Shown here piece by piece: positions 1-9,433 of a stretch of 64,000 bases of DNA. Each line of letters opens with the position of its first letter. The stretch's first letter is position 1. The DNA lies in assembly GCF_006345805.1 (NCBI RefSeq), contig NC_043004.1, positions 11,532,001-11,596,000 on the forward strand, given 5' to 3'. The notes beneath the pieces were generated by a model. That model worked only from the letters and a program-made list of their open reading frames with translations, ran no database searches and had not been told where the DNA came from. Both the position numbers and the translations under genes were made by a program. This DNA is from Octopus sinensis. Its lineage: Eukaryota.

Positions 1-1
1 T

Positions 2-90
2 AGTGAAGTAGGCTCACGTGTAGCAGACTCTAAAGCAATAAATGAATTAGAAACTCAAATGAGACACGTGTTTGAAGCTAGATTCAATAG
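2..90 (+). CDS. Possible 3' part of a coding exon of an unidentified gene, open to the left window edge
   Basis: Frame 2 is open from the edge (SEVGSRVADSKAINELETQMRHVFEARFN) and ends at a good donor AG|GTATGT (GT at 91-92). The other two + frames have early stops. Non-repetitive. Only ~30 codons and no homology recognised. Confidence 0.35.
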
Positions 91-509
91 GTATGTTTCT
101 GTTGATTTATAGATAGATGTTTCAACTGACATGCATTAGACTTATAACGGAACTGTGATTCGTAAACAAGAAAAGAGTGTAGAAAATCTTTTATCATGAT
201 ATAGAACCAGCAAAAAGCCATACCTTTGAGGAACAGAAATTCTCACAATTAGTAAGTTACTTTTCTACCGTTCTCGACTCGAGGTAATCTTTACCGTTTC
301 TCTCTTTCAGCATCCCTACGTTTTCAGCTTTGCTGCTTTGCCCTTTTTCTTTCCGAAAGGAAGGCCGCCCTCTCCTATCTCTTGTTCGGTTTTGAATTGT
401 CATCACCACTTCTATAATTTTAATTTTTCCTTGGTAGGGCTTACTACTTCCCTCGAAATTCCACCCCCAATCACTCAAAATTTGAACCCATTATCATTGC
501 CTTTAGAAC

Positions 510-708
510 TGAGATGCCATAATTGGTAGCATGCCAGAAAAAAGGCTTAGCGGCATTTCATCCGTCCTTACTTTCTGACTCCAAATTCCGCAGAGGTCCA
601 CTTTGCCTTTCATTCTTTCGAGGTCGATGAAATAAGTACTAGTTGAGCACTGGGGTTGATCTGATCGACTAGTACCCGCCTCCCCCAAATTTCAGGCCTT
701 GTGCCTAT
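510..708 (+). mobile_element. tRNA-derived SINE with Nin/Deu-type central domain (tail type A), diverged
   Basis: Matches the family core GAGGTCGACTTTGCCTTTCATCCTTTCGGGGTCGATAAATTAAGTACCAG seen at 62645-62695. Tail CCCCCAAATTTCAGGCCTTGTGCC is followed by (TTA)n. Confidence 0.8.
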
Positions 709-750
709 CCTATTATTATTATTATCATTATTATTATTATTATTATTATT

Positions 751-1089
751 GAGTGAGAGAGCAGTGCATGCCATGAAAGTGACACTGGGGTAAAATATAC
801 GAAGCCCAGTATAACCATCATGACTACCCGTCTGATAAGGGTACACCAGGCACATACATCACAACCATATGTGCGCGACATAGTGATCTCATAACAAGAT
901 AAACAGCGCATGACTTTGCAGGTGGGGCCCAGTTAGAATTTTCTTCTGGTCGGGTAACCCATCCCACTCAAAAGGTCCCTGATTAAGGGTTGTTTAAGGA
1001 TGTTGAATGAAACACCCAGAGGTGTTTCCAGAGGTGAATTATTCAAACCCCAAAGAATCCCTCGCAACACATGGCTATGATGCTCCCCT
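751..1089 (-). mobile_element. 5'-truncated copy of a (TAA)n-associated repeat, probably a LINE 3' UTR
   Basis: Reverse-complement homolog of ~45550-45864 (shared GGTGGGGCCCAGTTAGAATTTTCTTC and GATAAGGGTACAC). Flanked by (TTA)n on both sides. The LINE assignment is inference. Confidence 0.7.
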
Positions 1090-1090
1090 A

Positions 1091-1154
1091 TTATCATTAT
1101 TACTATTATTATTATTATTATTATTATATTATTATTATTATTATTATTATTATT

Positions 1155-1232
<78 letters not shown>

Positions 1233-1343
1233 ATTATTATTATTATTTCTATTATTATTATTTCTATAATTATTATTTCTATAATTATTATTATTACTAC
1301 TACTACTGATGCTATTATTATTATCATTATTATTATTATTATT
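1091..1343. repeat. (TTA)n/(CAT)n trinucleotide microsatellite
   Basis: Directly visible. Explains the poly-Y/I/L/H ORFs in the track. Confidence 0.98.
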
Positions 1344-2205
1344 CTATGTTTGACTTTTGCTTTACCTTTGTACAATTTGGCTCCAAGTCTCAGCCAGAGA
1401 CCTCAAGAGACAACAAGTTGGAAGTTCATGTTGGTGTTATGCCTAGGGTGCCATATATTTGGTGTTGTACTTAGTGTTGTACTAGTGATTGTCTAAAAAG
1501 CCATACGAAAATTATGTTTGTTTTAAAACTTGAGATTACATGAAAAGTATTTTGCGTAGGATATGAGCAGTTCCTATGAGCACTATCTTTTGAATTTCTG
1601 CCATTTTGGGTTTCCTGGTATCTGAGTTAGGTAGAAATCAGCCCCTTTTGCTATCATTCCCAGGGCACCTATGGCAACAGGTGTTGTTTTAGTCTTCAGG
1701 TTCCATGTTTTGCTGAGTTCTATTTCAAGATCTTTATATTTGCTCAGTTTTTGGTAGGTCTTGACACATACGTTTATATCGATTGGGACACTCATATCAA
1801 AGAGGAGGCACGTTTTTTATCTGAAGTCTTTCAATAAGTTGTCTAGCCTATTTGGATCTATCTTTCTGTCAGTTTGAATGGTGAAGATCCACGGAGTGAG
1901 ACGTGGTCATTTTCAATCACTGGAGGTGGTTTGTGTTCCTACCAGTTTTTATCATGGGGCAAGTCCAGGCCTTTCCAAATTACCCAGTGAATATATTGTG
2001 CAGCTCTGTCATGCCTGTTGAGATACTCTGTAAGCGCAAGAAGACTGCACTTGGAGACAACATGAACAATGGTTTCATTTTGTTGTTGACATACACGACA
2101 TGTTGGGCTACTGCCGTTCTTTAATATGTTGGCCTGGTAGTTCCTTGTAGGTAGGCATTGATCTTGAGCTGGTATGATAAATCCTTCTGTTTCAGATTTT
2201 AGATT
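1344..2205 (-). mobile_element. 3' fragment of an R4/Dong-like RLE non-LTR retrotransposon (pseudogenised)
   Basis: Minus translation LKSETEGFIIPAQDQCLPTRNYQANIL..CRVCQQQNETIVHVVSKC (CCHC knuckle)..YLNRHDRAAQYIHW..DMSVPID..KLSKYKDLEIELSKTWNLK..PVAIGALG. Stops and frameshifts present. ORF stop at 1536-1538. Embedded in (TTA)n on both sides. Confidence 0.9.
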
Positions 2206-2220
2206 TTATTATTATTATTA

Positions 2221-2278
<58 letters not shown>

Positions 2279-2280
<2 letters not shown>

Positions 2281-2453
2281 AGCGGTGATCTGGCAGAATC
2301 GTTAGCACGCTGCACGAAATGCTTTGCGGTATTTCGCCCGTCGCTGCGTTCAGAGTTCAAATTCCGCCGAGGTCGACTTTGCCTTTCAGGGTTGAGGAAA
2401 CAAGTACCAGTTACGCACCCAAAATTTTCAAGGCCTTCTTCCTAAAGTAGAAA
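2279..2453 (+). mobile_element. Nin/Deu-domain SINE (tail type A, internal deletions)
   Basis: Head AAGCGGTGATCTGGCAGAATCGTTAGCACG, B-box-like GAGTTCAAATTCC and core CCGAGGTCGACTTTGCCTTTCA. Confidence 0.8.
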
Positions 2454-2491
2454 TAATAATAATAATAATTATTATTATTATTATCATTATT

Positions 2492-2568
<77 letters not shown>

Positions 2569-3713
2569 TACGTTGTAGGTCTGGAAATCTCGTCGGCTCT
2601 ATTTGATCTCATACTGTAGAATATTGCAGTGCATTAAAACAAGCAAATATCATTCAGACACTAGTTTCATTCAGACACCACCACTTACCATTATTTAGTA
2701 AACCATAACAGTACAATCACAGAAAACTAATGATATTCTACGTCTAAAAATTATTATACAATATTTCAAACATTACAATTAAGTTCATATGACGAAAAAG
2801 ACAAGTTACAGTTTTAAGCTAGAGACATTTAATTAAAATATCATTTTGCTATAATTCAGAAACTGTTAAATCATTTCACTTCCAGGTTTGTTCAATAAAT
2901 TCCAACATATTTTCATTTGCCGCAGGGCTCATATCCAACTTATGTTTATATCATATTGAAACCTAGTTCATTAAAACCGGATATGTTGAAATCCTGGTAG
3001 GATTAAAGGAAGTTTTATTTAATACTGAATAATAGCTGAGCGAAACATTCTACCAAATTGTTAAAATCGATTTGTGAACCAGGTTTCACTATAATAATAT
3101 ATAAATCTTTGAACGGTATCTCTCTCACTAGTAATGCCGATATATTGTTTAACCTCGCCATAACGGAATATTCTGTGTTAAATTTCGAATTCCACGTGAA
3201 ATCTCTTTATCAGCTGTCATACTAAACCCGTTTTAATTTAATATTTCTATTTACCACAGGTAATGTTCATGTGACGAAACATGCCATCACGCAATGAAAA
3301 CTTGTGCCAAATCCGTTCTTCTGTCTATATCTCCCTTTTCCTACCGCTTTCTCTTTTTGGTATTTATTTTCTTGTTATCTCTAAATCTTTTCTCTGTCAA
3401 CTACAGTAGGCTCATGTCTGAGATTCTTAGTCGTTACGCATTAGCCTTGAACACGTGTGTTTGAAAAGGTGACCATCGAAATCGCTTACACACGAAATAC
3501 ATGCAATACGAAAATTTTTTCCCCAAAGATTTGTGGCATTCTCACCCCTCAATATTTTTCAAGTAATTATTAACTTTAAAACATTCTTTCTTTAAATGTT
3601 GTAGCTGTATCAAGTATGTTTTCTCAAAAAACATTCAAATTTACATGTATTTTTATATATATGTACATTTTAGAGTTTTTGTAAAACAACTACTTGGTAT
3701 ATGTATATCACAC

Positions 3714-3782
<69 letters not shown>

Positions 3783-3804
3783 CTATGTATAAGTGTACAC
3801 GCGG

Positions 3805-3837
<33 letters not shown>

Positions 3838-3840
<3 letters not shown>

Positions 3841-4590
3841 GGTGTTTCAAACAATTTGATATTTCGCAATCTAATAGATTTGCCAGTTCTTGTTCAAATC
3901 ACTTCAAATTAAACAGCATGTGTAGAAACAGGTCAAAATTTTGTTTAGTATTTGATATGTTTATCTTTGCAGGTATAGAAATAGCATTCACTGGAAAAGA
4001 AAAGGCGTTTTGTGTGATGGAGTATGCTCGAACACAGTCGAACAGGACTGCGTAGCGTGCATCTCTGAGAGAGTTCTCTAAAACGTTACCAAGAACAATG
4101 CAGATGTGGACATGGCACAAACAATTCAAAGAGTAAGGCTGTCTGTGCAGGGCTAAAGGATCTTGACGACCACTAACATCGGAAGAGACGGTCGAGAGGG
4201 TTCGCCAAAAACTCTTGCGAAGCCCCAAGAAGTCCATAAGAAGAACAAGTCTGGAAACCCAGATTCCTCCAATGACAGTTTGGCGCGTCTTGAAGAAACG
4301 CTTGCTAATGAAACCCTACAAGCTGCGGCTCGTTCAGGCCATAACGGCAGCTGACAAGCGAAAGCGCAAACAATTCTGTGTTGATATATAAGAGACACAT
4401 GAAGAAACCGAGTTCAAAGAACGTCCTCTTTTCAGTGATGAGGCCACATTCCATTGGAATGACAAAGTCAGTTAGCTTAATGATCGCATTTGGGGCGAAG
4501 AAAACTTCCATGCCCCAGTTGAGCAAGATAGAAACTCATCGAAAGTGAATGTGTTCTGCGCCATCTCCAAGAAGCATCTTCATCCCCTAT

Positions 4591-4592
<2 letters not shown>
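3838..4592 (+). mobile_element. Truncated Tc1/mariner-superfamily transposon; dead transposase with DUF4817-like N-terminus
   Basis: Begins TA|CACGGTGTTTC. From 3981 it reads (M)AFTGKEKAFCVMEYARTQS..SEETVERVRQKLLRSPKKSIRRTS..TVWRVLKKRLLMKPYKLRLVQAI..LFSDEATFH..RIWGEENFH..KVNVFCAIS with several in-frame stops. Cut off by (TA)n at 4593. Confidence 0.9.
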
Positions 4593-4626
<34 letters not shown>

Positions 4627-4933
4627 AAATTTAGGTTGGTTAGAATATGTCTGTGACATAGTTCAACTTGTAAAGGCAAATTAACTTCAGTTACCATGGA
4701 GAAAAACATTATCTCTTATGTTTAAAAAAGGCTAAAATGAACCATATCTGTTCATTACTGTCCTCTCTCGTATTACCGGACGATGCGTTTCTCGCTCCTT
4801 AGCCGTTTTCAAAAGGAAATACCGAAGAGTGGCAACTGCACACAGACTTATTAAAACCGTAGCTCTAGCTAAAACAGTCAGCAATATTGATACACATGTA
4901 TATATGTATATATACATATAGACATATACAGAT

Positions 4934-4987
<54 letters not shown>

Positions 4988-4990
<3 letters not shown>

Positions 4991-5238
4991 TTGCCTACAT
5001 ATCTTTGCACACCTTTCAATGCTTTGTATGCCATTAAGTTTGCAAACCAACGAAGACCTCAAAAGACATTTTAAGATCCACAAAGATGAGAATTTAACTG
5101 CATCCCTTAGTAGTCCAAAGCAAATATTCAATTTATGTGGATGTCTTTTCAATACATTGTCTGGTTTAAAAGGCTACGTCAAACGCCATGATGGGTCTAA
5201 GGTGTAGGTACAAGAAGTGGTCACATAAGAAGTAGACA

Positions 5239-5241
<3 letters not shown>
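4988..5241 (+). mobile_element. Probable 3' end of an RTE-clade LINE with degenerate C-terminal C2H2-like knuckles
   Basis: TNEDLKRHFKIH and LCGCLFNTLSGLKGYVKRH precede the stop at 5205-5207. A short 3' UTR then runs into (CT)n. The Cys/His ligands are decayed. Confidence 0.5.
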
Positions 5242-5280
<39 letters not shown>

Positions 5281-5339
5281 ATATATATATATATGAATTT
5301 AAGTCACAATATATGGATTCGTGTGATCCACGAATCAAC

Positions 5340-5737
5340 GAATTTATGGACTCGTTGTGTTATGTAAATCTCTTTCAATTTATGTGGAACCCAAATATCG
5401 ACCTTCTGAACGATTCCAAGATATTTTCCAAGTAATTGCCAATTGTGTGTGCAACATTTAACCTCTCTGCAAACTCTCGCACAGTCATATGACAATGAGA
5501 ATCAATTCTGGGTTTGATTCGGTCATCACCAACTTCAGTAGGTCGACCAGAACGTTGGTCATCTTTGAGGGAAAAATCTCCAGAACGGAATTTTTTACAC
5601 CATTTCTGACATGTGCGTTCTTTTAAGCAATCAAGATCATAAACTTCACATATCTCTTTGTGAGACTAAGAAGCTTGCTTGCCTGTACGGAAATAAAAAG
5701 GCAAAATATGGCTAAAATATTCGTTTTTGCACTCCAT
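5340..5737 (-). pseudogene. Mariner (DD34D-type) transposase N-terminal remnant
   Basis: ATG at 5737: MECKNEYFSHILPFYFRTG..ICEVYDLDCLKERTCQKWCKKFRSGDFSLKDDQRSGRPTEV..MTVREFAERLNV..DIWVPHKLKE. Contains the mariner HTH and a WVPHEL-like motif, with a stop and a frameshift. Confidence 0.9.
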
Positions 5738-6271
5738 ATTAAAAGTGACACTGTACTAGCAGCTGTTAACAAAATTACGTGTAATTTTCTTCTAAAGTAA
5801 GCTAAATGTAATGGTTATCAAATGTGAAAACGAAAAGATGACTTTCTAGTCTGTTTGACATTCGTCGTGTGTGAATGTAAATTTGAAGAAATTGGGGTCA
5901 AGAAGAAGGAGTACGGTTGGACATTTTTCGACACGACAGGTTTTTGATTATGCACCCGTTTGTTTGCATAGTGAGATTCACTTGTGATTCTTCACGCGAT
6001 ATACGAGTGTTGTCTCCGTTATTTTAAAATCGTTGACGTCAAGGCCATCTTTGTTCGCCGTGGTTTGAATTCAGTAGCAGCTGATAGACCCATGGTGTTT
6101 TCCGCGAGGTCTCATTATGCAAACAAACAGTTGCATAATCAAATATCAGTATTCTTGGAGAACACCGTTGCATCGAAACAAATGTAGCTAATAATTAATA
6201 AAGGTTCTACTGTACTCCTTCGTGAATCCAGTTTCTTCAGTTCTATATATATAAATATTTTCTTTTCATTT

Positions 6272-6409
6272 CTTCTTTTGCTTCTTTCAGCTATTTCACT
6301 GCTGTCATGCTGGTACGCCACCTTTAGTCGAACAAATCCGCCCCAGGACTAATTACTTGTTAGCCTAGTACTTATTCTATCCGTCTCTTTTACCGAACCA
6401 CTAAGTTAA
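6272..6409 (-). mobile_element. 3' half of the abundant ~400-bp octopus-type tRNA SINE (OK-like), interrupted
   Basis: Matches the reverse complement of ~42015-42150. The 5' half resumes at 6858. Confidence 0.75.
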
Positions 6410-6845
6410 AAGCCTCTCGAGCTCGAAAGATTGACCGTTATGTAAACCTTCTCAGGAAATGGGAAGACGCAGGTTAGAAAGCGGAGCATATTTCCAAACA
6501 AAGTCGGATGCAGAGGGTTTGTTGGACACAGTGTGTGGCGACTGTTGTTATCGTTAGGCCTAATTCATCGTAGAGTAGATACCACCATGACCGATATCCA
6601 AATTACAGTGTAAAAGGCAAGGCAATGGATTTGGTTAAAAAGAGACGATGAGCGATGGCTAGAAGAATATTGACCTTTATTTGATAACTAGATGATCTAA
6701 CAAGTGGGGTCTCATCAGTGAGGGGGCGGTGCACATTGATGCCGTCATGAGGTAGGCCCTGAGACGGCGCTTATTCTCTCCTGATGATCCCATACACTTT
6801 CTGACTTCCGGTAGCACTTGCATGCGCAAGTTCTATGCATAACAT
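6410..6845 (+). mobile_element. 3' fragment of a HERO/NeSL-like RLE LINE nested inside a SINE
   Basis: ARKIDRYVNLLRKWEDAG*..(fs)..KVGCRGFVGHSVWRLLLSLGL..*KARQWIWLKRDDERW matches the recalled HERO C-terminal pattern EVGCRGF..AS.W.W.KR. A short 3' UTR follows. Confidence 0.75.
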
Positions 6846-6857
6846 ATACATTCCTTG

Positions 6858-7005
6858 GACTTCTTTCAGTTTACATCAACCAAATCCACTGATAAGGCTT
6901 TGGTCGGCCCGAGGCTACAGTAGAAGACACTTGCCCAAGGTGCCACGAAGTGGGACTGAACCCGTAACCATTTGGTTAGGAAGTAAGCTTCTCGCCACGC
7001 AGTCA
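6858..7005 (-). mobile_element. 5' half of OK-like SINE
   Basis: GGCTTTGGTCGGCCCGAGGCTACAGTAGAAGACACTTGCCCAAGGTGCCACG..GGGACTGAACCCG matches the family consensus. Confidence 0.9.
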
Positions 7006-7024
7006 TTCATACACACACACACAC

Positions 7025-7071
<47 letters not shown>

Positions 7072-7256
7072 TAAGCAATAAGGGTTCAGCAACGAATTGC
7101 CTTACCACATACCGAATTTAGAAATAGCAGTCAAAGGGTTATAGCTATTTCTTCTACTAAAAAGGGAGATCTCAGTAAAAACAGCAATTGGAAGGCTGAC
7201 ACAAACAGGTAAGAGAGAATGAATTAACCGCAATCTATCAAACATTTTTAAAGTTA

Positions 7257-7363
7257 TCCACGGACGTACGTTTCGAAATCAAGTTTTAGGAAAGCATAAG
7301 AATTAAAATATTAAATATTAAATAATTCTATCTTACCGAAACTTCTTTTCTCTTCAGCGTGGA
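7257..7363 (-). ncRNA. Type I hammerhead ribozyme, array copy 1
   Basis: Minus strand: UCCACG-CUGAAGA-[GAAA..76 nt..UUUC]-GAAA-C-GUAC-GUC^-CGUGGA. Stem I is 6 bp, the core is complete, G10.1-C11.1 is present, and the triplet is GUC. Predicted cleavage lies between 7263 and 7262. Confidence 0.85.
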
Positions 7364-7856
7364 ATACTATAATCATAAATGATTATATATTGAATTTTGA
7401 GATACTAGGAGGTACCAACTCAACTCAGTATCAGAGCGAGCTAGAATCCTCAACTAGTATCACCGAATTCAAATTTGTGAATGAAACGATTGTGTCAACA
7501 GCCCCTTCCCACCCGCGTGTAGCCAAAACAAGATGCTGTGGTCATCTACTGAGATAAAATATGGTTATCCGTAATAATGAAGGGTGAAATTAATTAATTT
7601 GGAATAATTATCAATTACACCAAGTAGTCTTCGGCATGTAAAAGCCTCATTTGAGGAAAATTTAAGTAATACTAAGCAATAAGGGTTCAGCAACGAATTG
7701 CCTTACCACATACCGAATTTAGAAATAGCAGTCAAAGGGTTATAGCTATTTCTTCTACTAAAAAGGGAGATCTCAGTAAAAACAGCAATTGGAAGGCTGA
7801 CACAAACAGGTAAGAGAGAATGAATTGACCGCAATCTATCAAACATTTTTAAAGTA

Positions 7857-7963
7857 TCCACGGACGTACGTTTCGAAATCAAGTTTTAGGAAAGCATAAG
7901 AATTAAAATATTAAATATTAAATAATTCTATCTTACCGAAACTTCTTTTCTCTTCAGCGTGGA
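7857..7963 (-). ncRNA. Type I hammerhead ribozyme, array copy 2
   Basis: Same motif as copy 1, offset +600. Confidence 0.85.
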
Positions 7964-8454
7964 ATACTAATCATAAATGATTATATATTGAATTTTGAGA
8001 TACTAGGAGGTACCAACTCAACTCAGTATCAGAGCGAGCTAGAATCCTCAACTAGTATCACCGAATTCAAATTTGTGAATGAAACGATTGTGTCAACAGC
8101 CCCTTCCCACCCGCGTGTAGCCAAAACAAGATGCTGTGGTCATCTACTGAGATAAAATATGGTTATCCGTAATAATGAAGGGTGAAATTAATTAATTTGG
8201 AATAATTATCAATTACACCAAGTAGTCTTCGGCATGTAAAAGCCTCATTTGAGGAAAATTTAAGTAATACTAAGCAATAAGGGTTCAGCAACGAATGCCT
8301 TACCACATACCGAATTTAGAAATAGCAGTCAAAGGGTTATAGCTATTTCTTCTACTAAAAAGGGAGATCTCAGTAAAAACAGCAATTGGAAGGCTGACAC
8401 AAACAGGTAAGAGAGAATGAATTAACCGCAATCTATCAAACATTTTTAAAGTTA

Positions 8455-8561
8455 TCCACGGACGTACGTTTCGAAATCAAGTTTTAGGAAAGCATAAGAA
8501 TTAAAATATTAAATATTAAATAATTCTATCTTACCGAAACTTCTTTTCTCTTCAGCGTGGA
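8455..8561 (-). ncRNA. Type I hammerhead ribozyme, array copy 3
   Basis: Same motif as copy 1. Confidence 0.85.
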
Positions 8562-9053
8562 ATACTATAATCATAAATGATTATATATTGAATTTTGAGA
8601 TACTAGGAGGTACCAACTCAACTCAGTATCAGAGCGAGCTAGAATCCTCAACTAGTATCACCGAATTCAAATTTGTGAATGAAACGATTGTGTCAACAGC
8701 CCCTTCCCACCCGCGTGTAGCCAAAACAAGATGCTGTGGTCATCTACTGAGATAAAATATGGTTATCCGTAATAATGAAGGGTGAAATTAATTAATTTGG
8801 AATAATTATCAATTACACCAAGTAGTCTTCGGCATGTAAAAGCCTCATTTGAGGAAAATTAAGTAATACTAAGCAATAAGGGTTCAGCAACGAATTGCCT
8901 TACCACATACCGAATTTAGAAATAGCAGTCAAAGGGTTATAGCTATTTCTTCTACTAAAAAGGGAGATCTCAGTAAAAACAGCAATGGAAGGCTGACACA
9001 AACAGGTAAGAGAGAATGAATTAACCGCAATCTATCAAACATTTTTAAAGTTA

Positions 9054-9158
9054 TCCACGGACGTATGTTTCGAAATCAAGTTTTAGGAAAGCATAAGATT
9101 AAAATATTAAATATTAAATAATTCTATCTTACCGAAACTTCTTTTTCTTCAGCGTGGA
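9054..9158 (-). ncRNA. Hammerhead ribozyme, array copy 4 (variant, possibly impaired)
   Basis: Loop 3 GUAC is changed to AUAC (palindrome lost) and G10.1 after CUGAAGA is deleted. Confidence 0.6.
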
Positions 9159-9396
9159 ATACTATAATCATAAATGATTATATATTGAATTTTGAGATAC
9201 TAGGAGGTACCAACTCAACTCAGTATCAGAGCGAGCTAGAATCCTCAACTAGTATCACCGAATTCAAATTTGTGAATGAAACGATTGTGTCAACAGCCCC
9301 TTCCCACCCGCGTGTAGCCAAAACAAGATGCTGTGGTCATCTACTGAGATTAAATATGGTTATCCGTAATAATGAAGGGTGAAATTAATTAATTTG

Positions 9397-9430
<34 letters not shown>

Positions 9431-9433
<3 letters not shown>

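Larger units (their letters stand above)
7069..9401 (-). repeat. Tandem array of ~3.9 near-identical ~600-bp units inserted in a (TA)n tract (retrozyme/Penelope-pLTR-like)
   Basis: CTAAGCAATAAGGGTTCAGC recurs at 7071, 7672, 8270 and 8869 (periods 601, 598, 599). The last unit is truncated at ~9401. (TA)n lies on both sides. Copies differ by scattered small indels and a few substitutions. Confidence 0.97.

Noticed and set aside
4775-4808. Minus-strand CUAAGGA-GCGA-GAAACGCAUCGUC in a TA-flanked segment
   Set aside because: G5 is mutated, stem II cannot form and stem I is out of register. At best a far-decayed remnant.
9185-9382. 65-aa ORF in array copy 4
   Set aside because: It starts at TTG and reaches this length only because a substitution removes a TAA present in the other three copies.
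7069-9401. CRISPR array, rDNA or snRNA tandem-gene interpretation of the array; TAGAAATAGC also resembles the sgRNA scaffold
   Set aside because: Units are identical along their whole length, so there are no spacers. The context is eukaryotic, no 5S/snRNA/SL sequence was recognised, and the 10-mer is a short AT-rich word that recurs in other repeats here.
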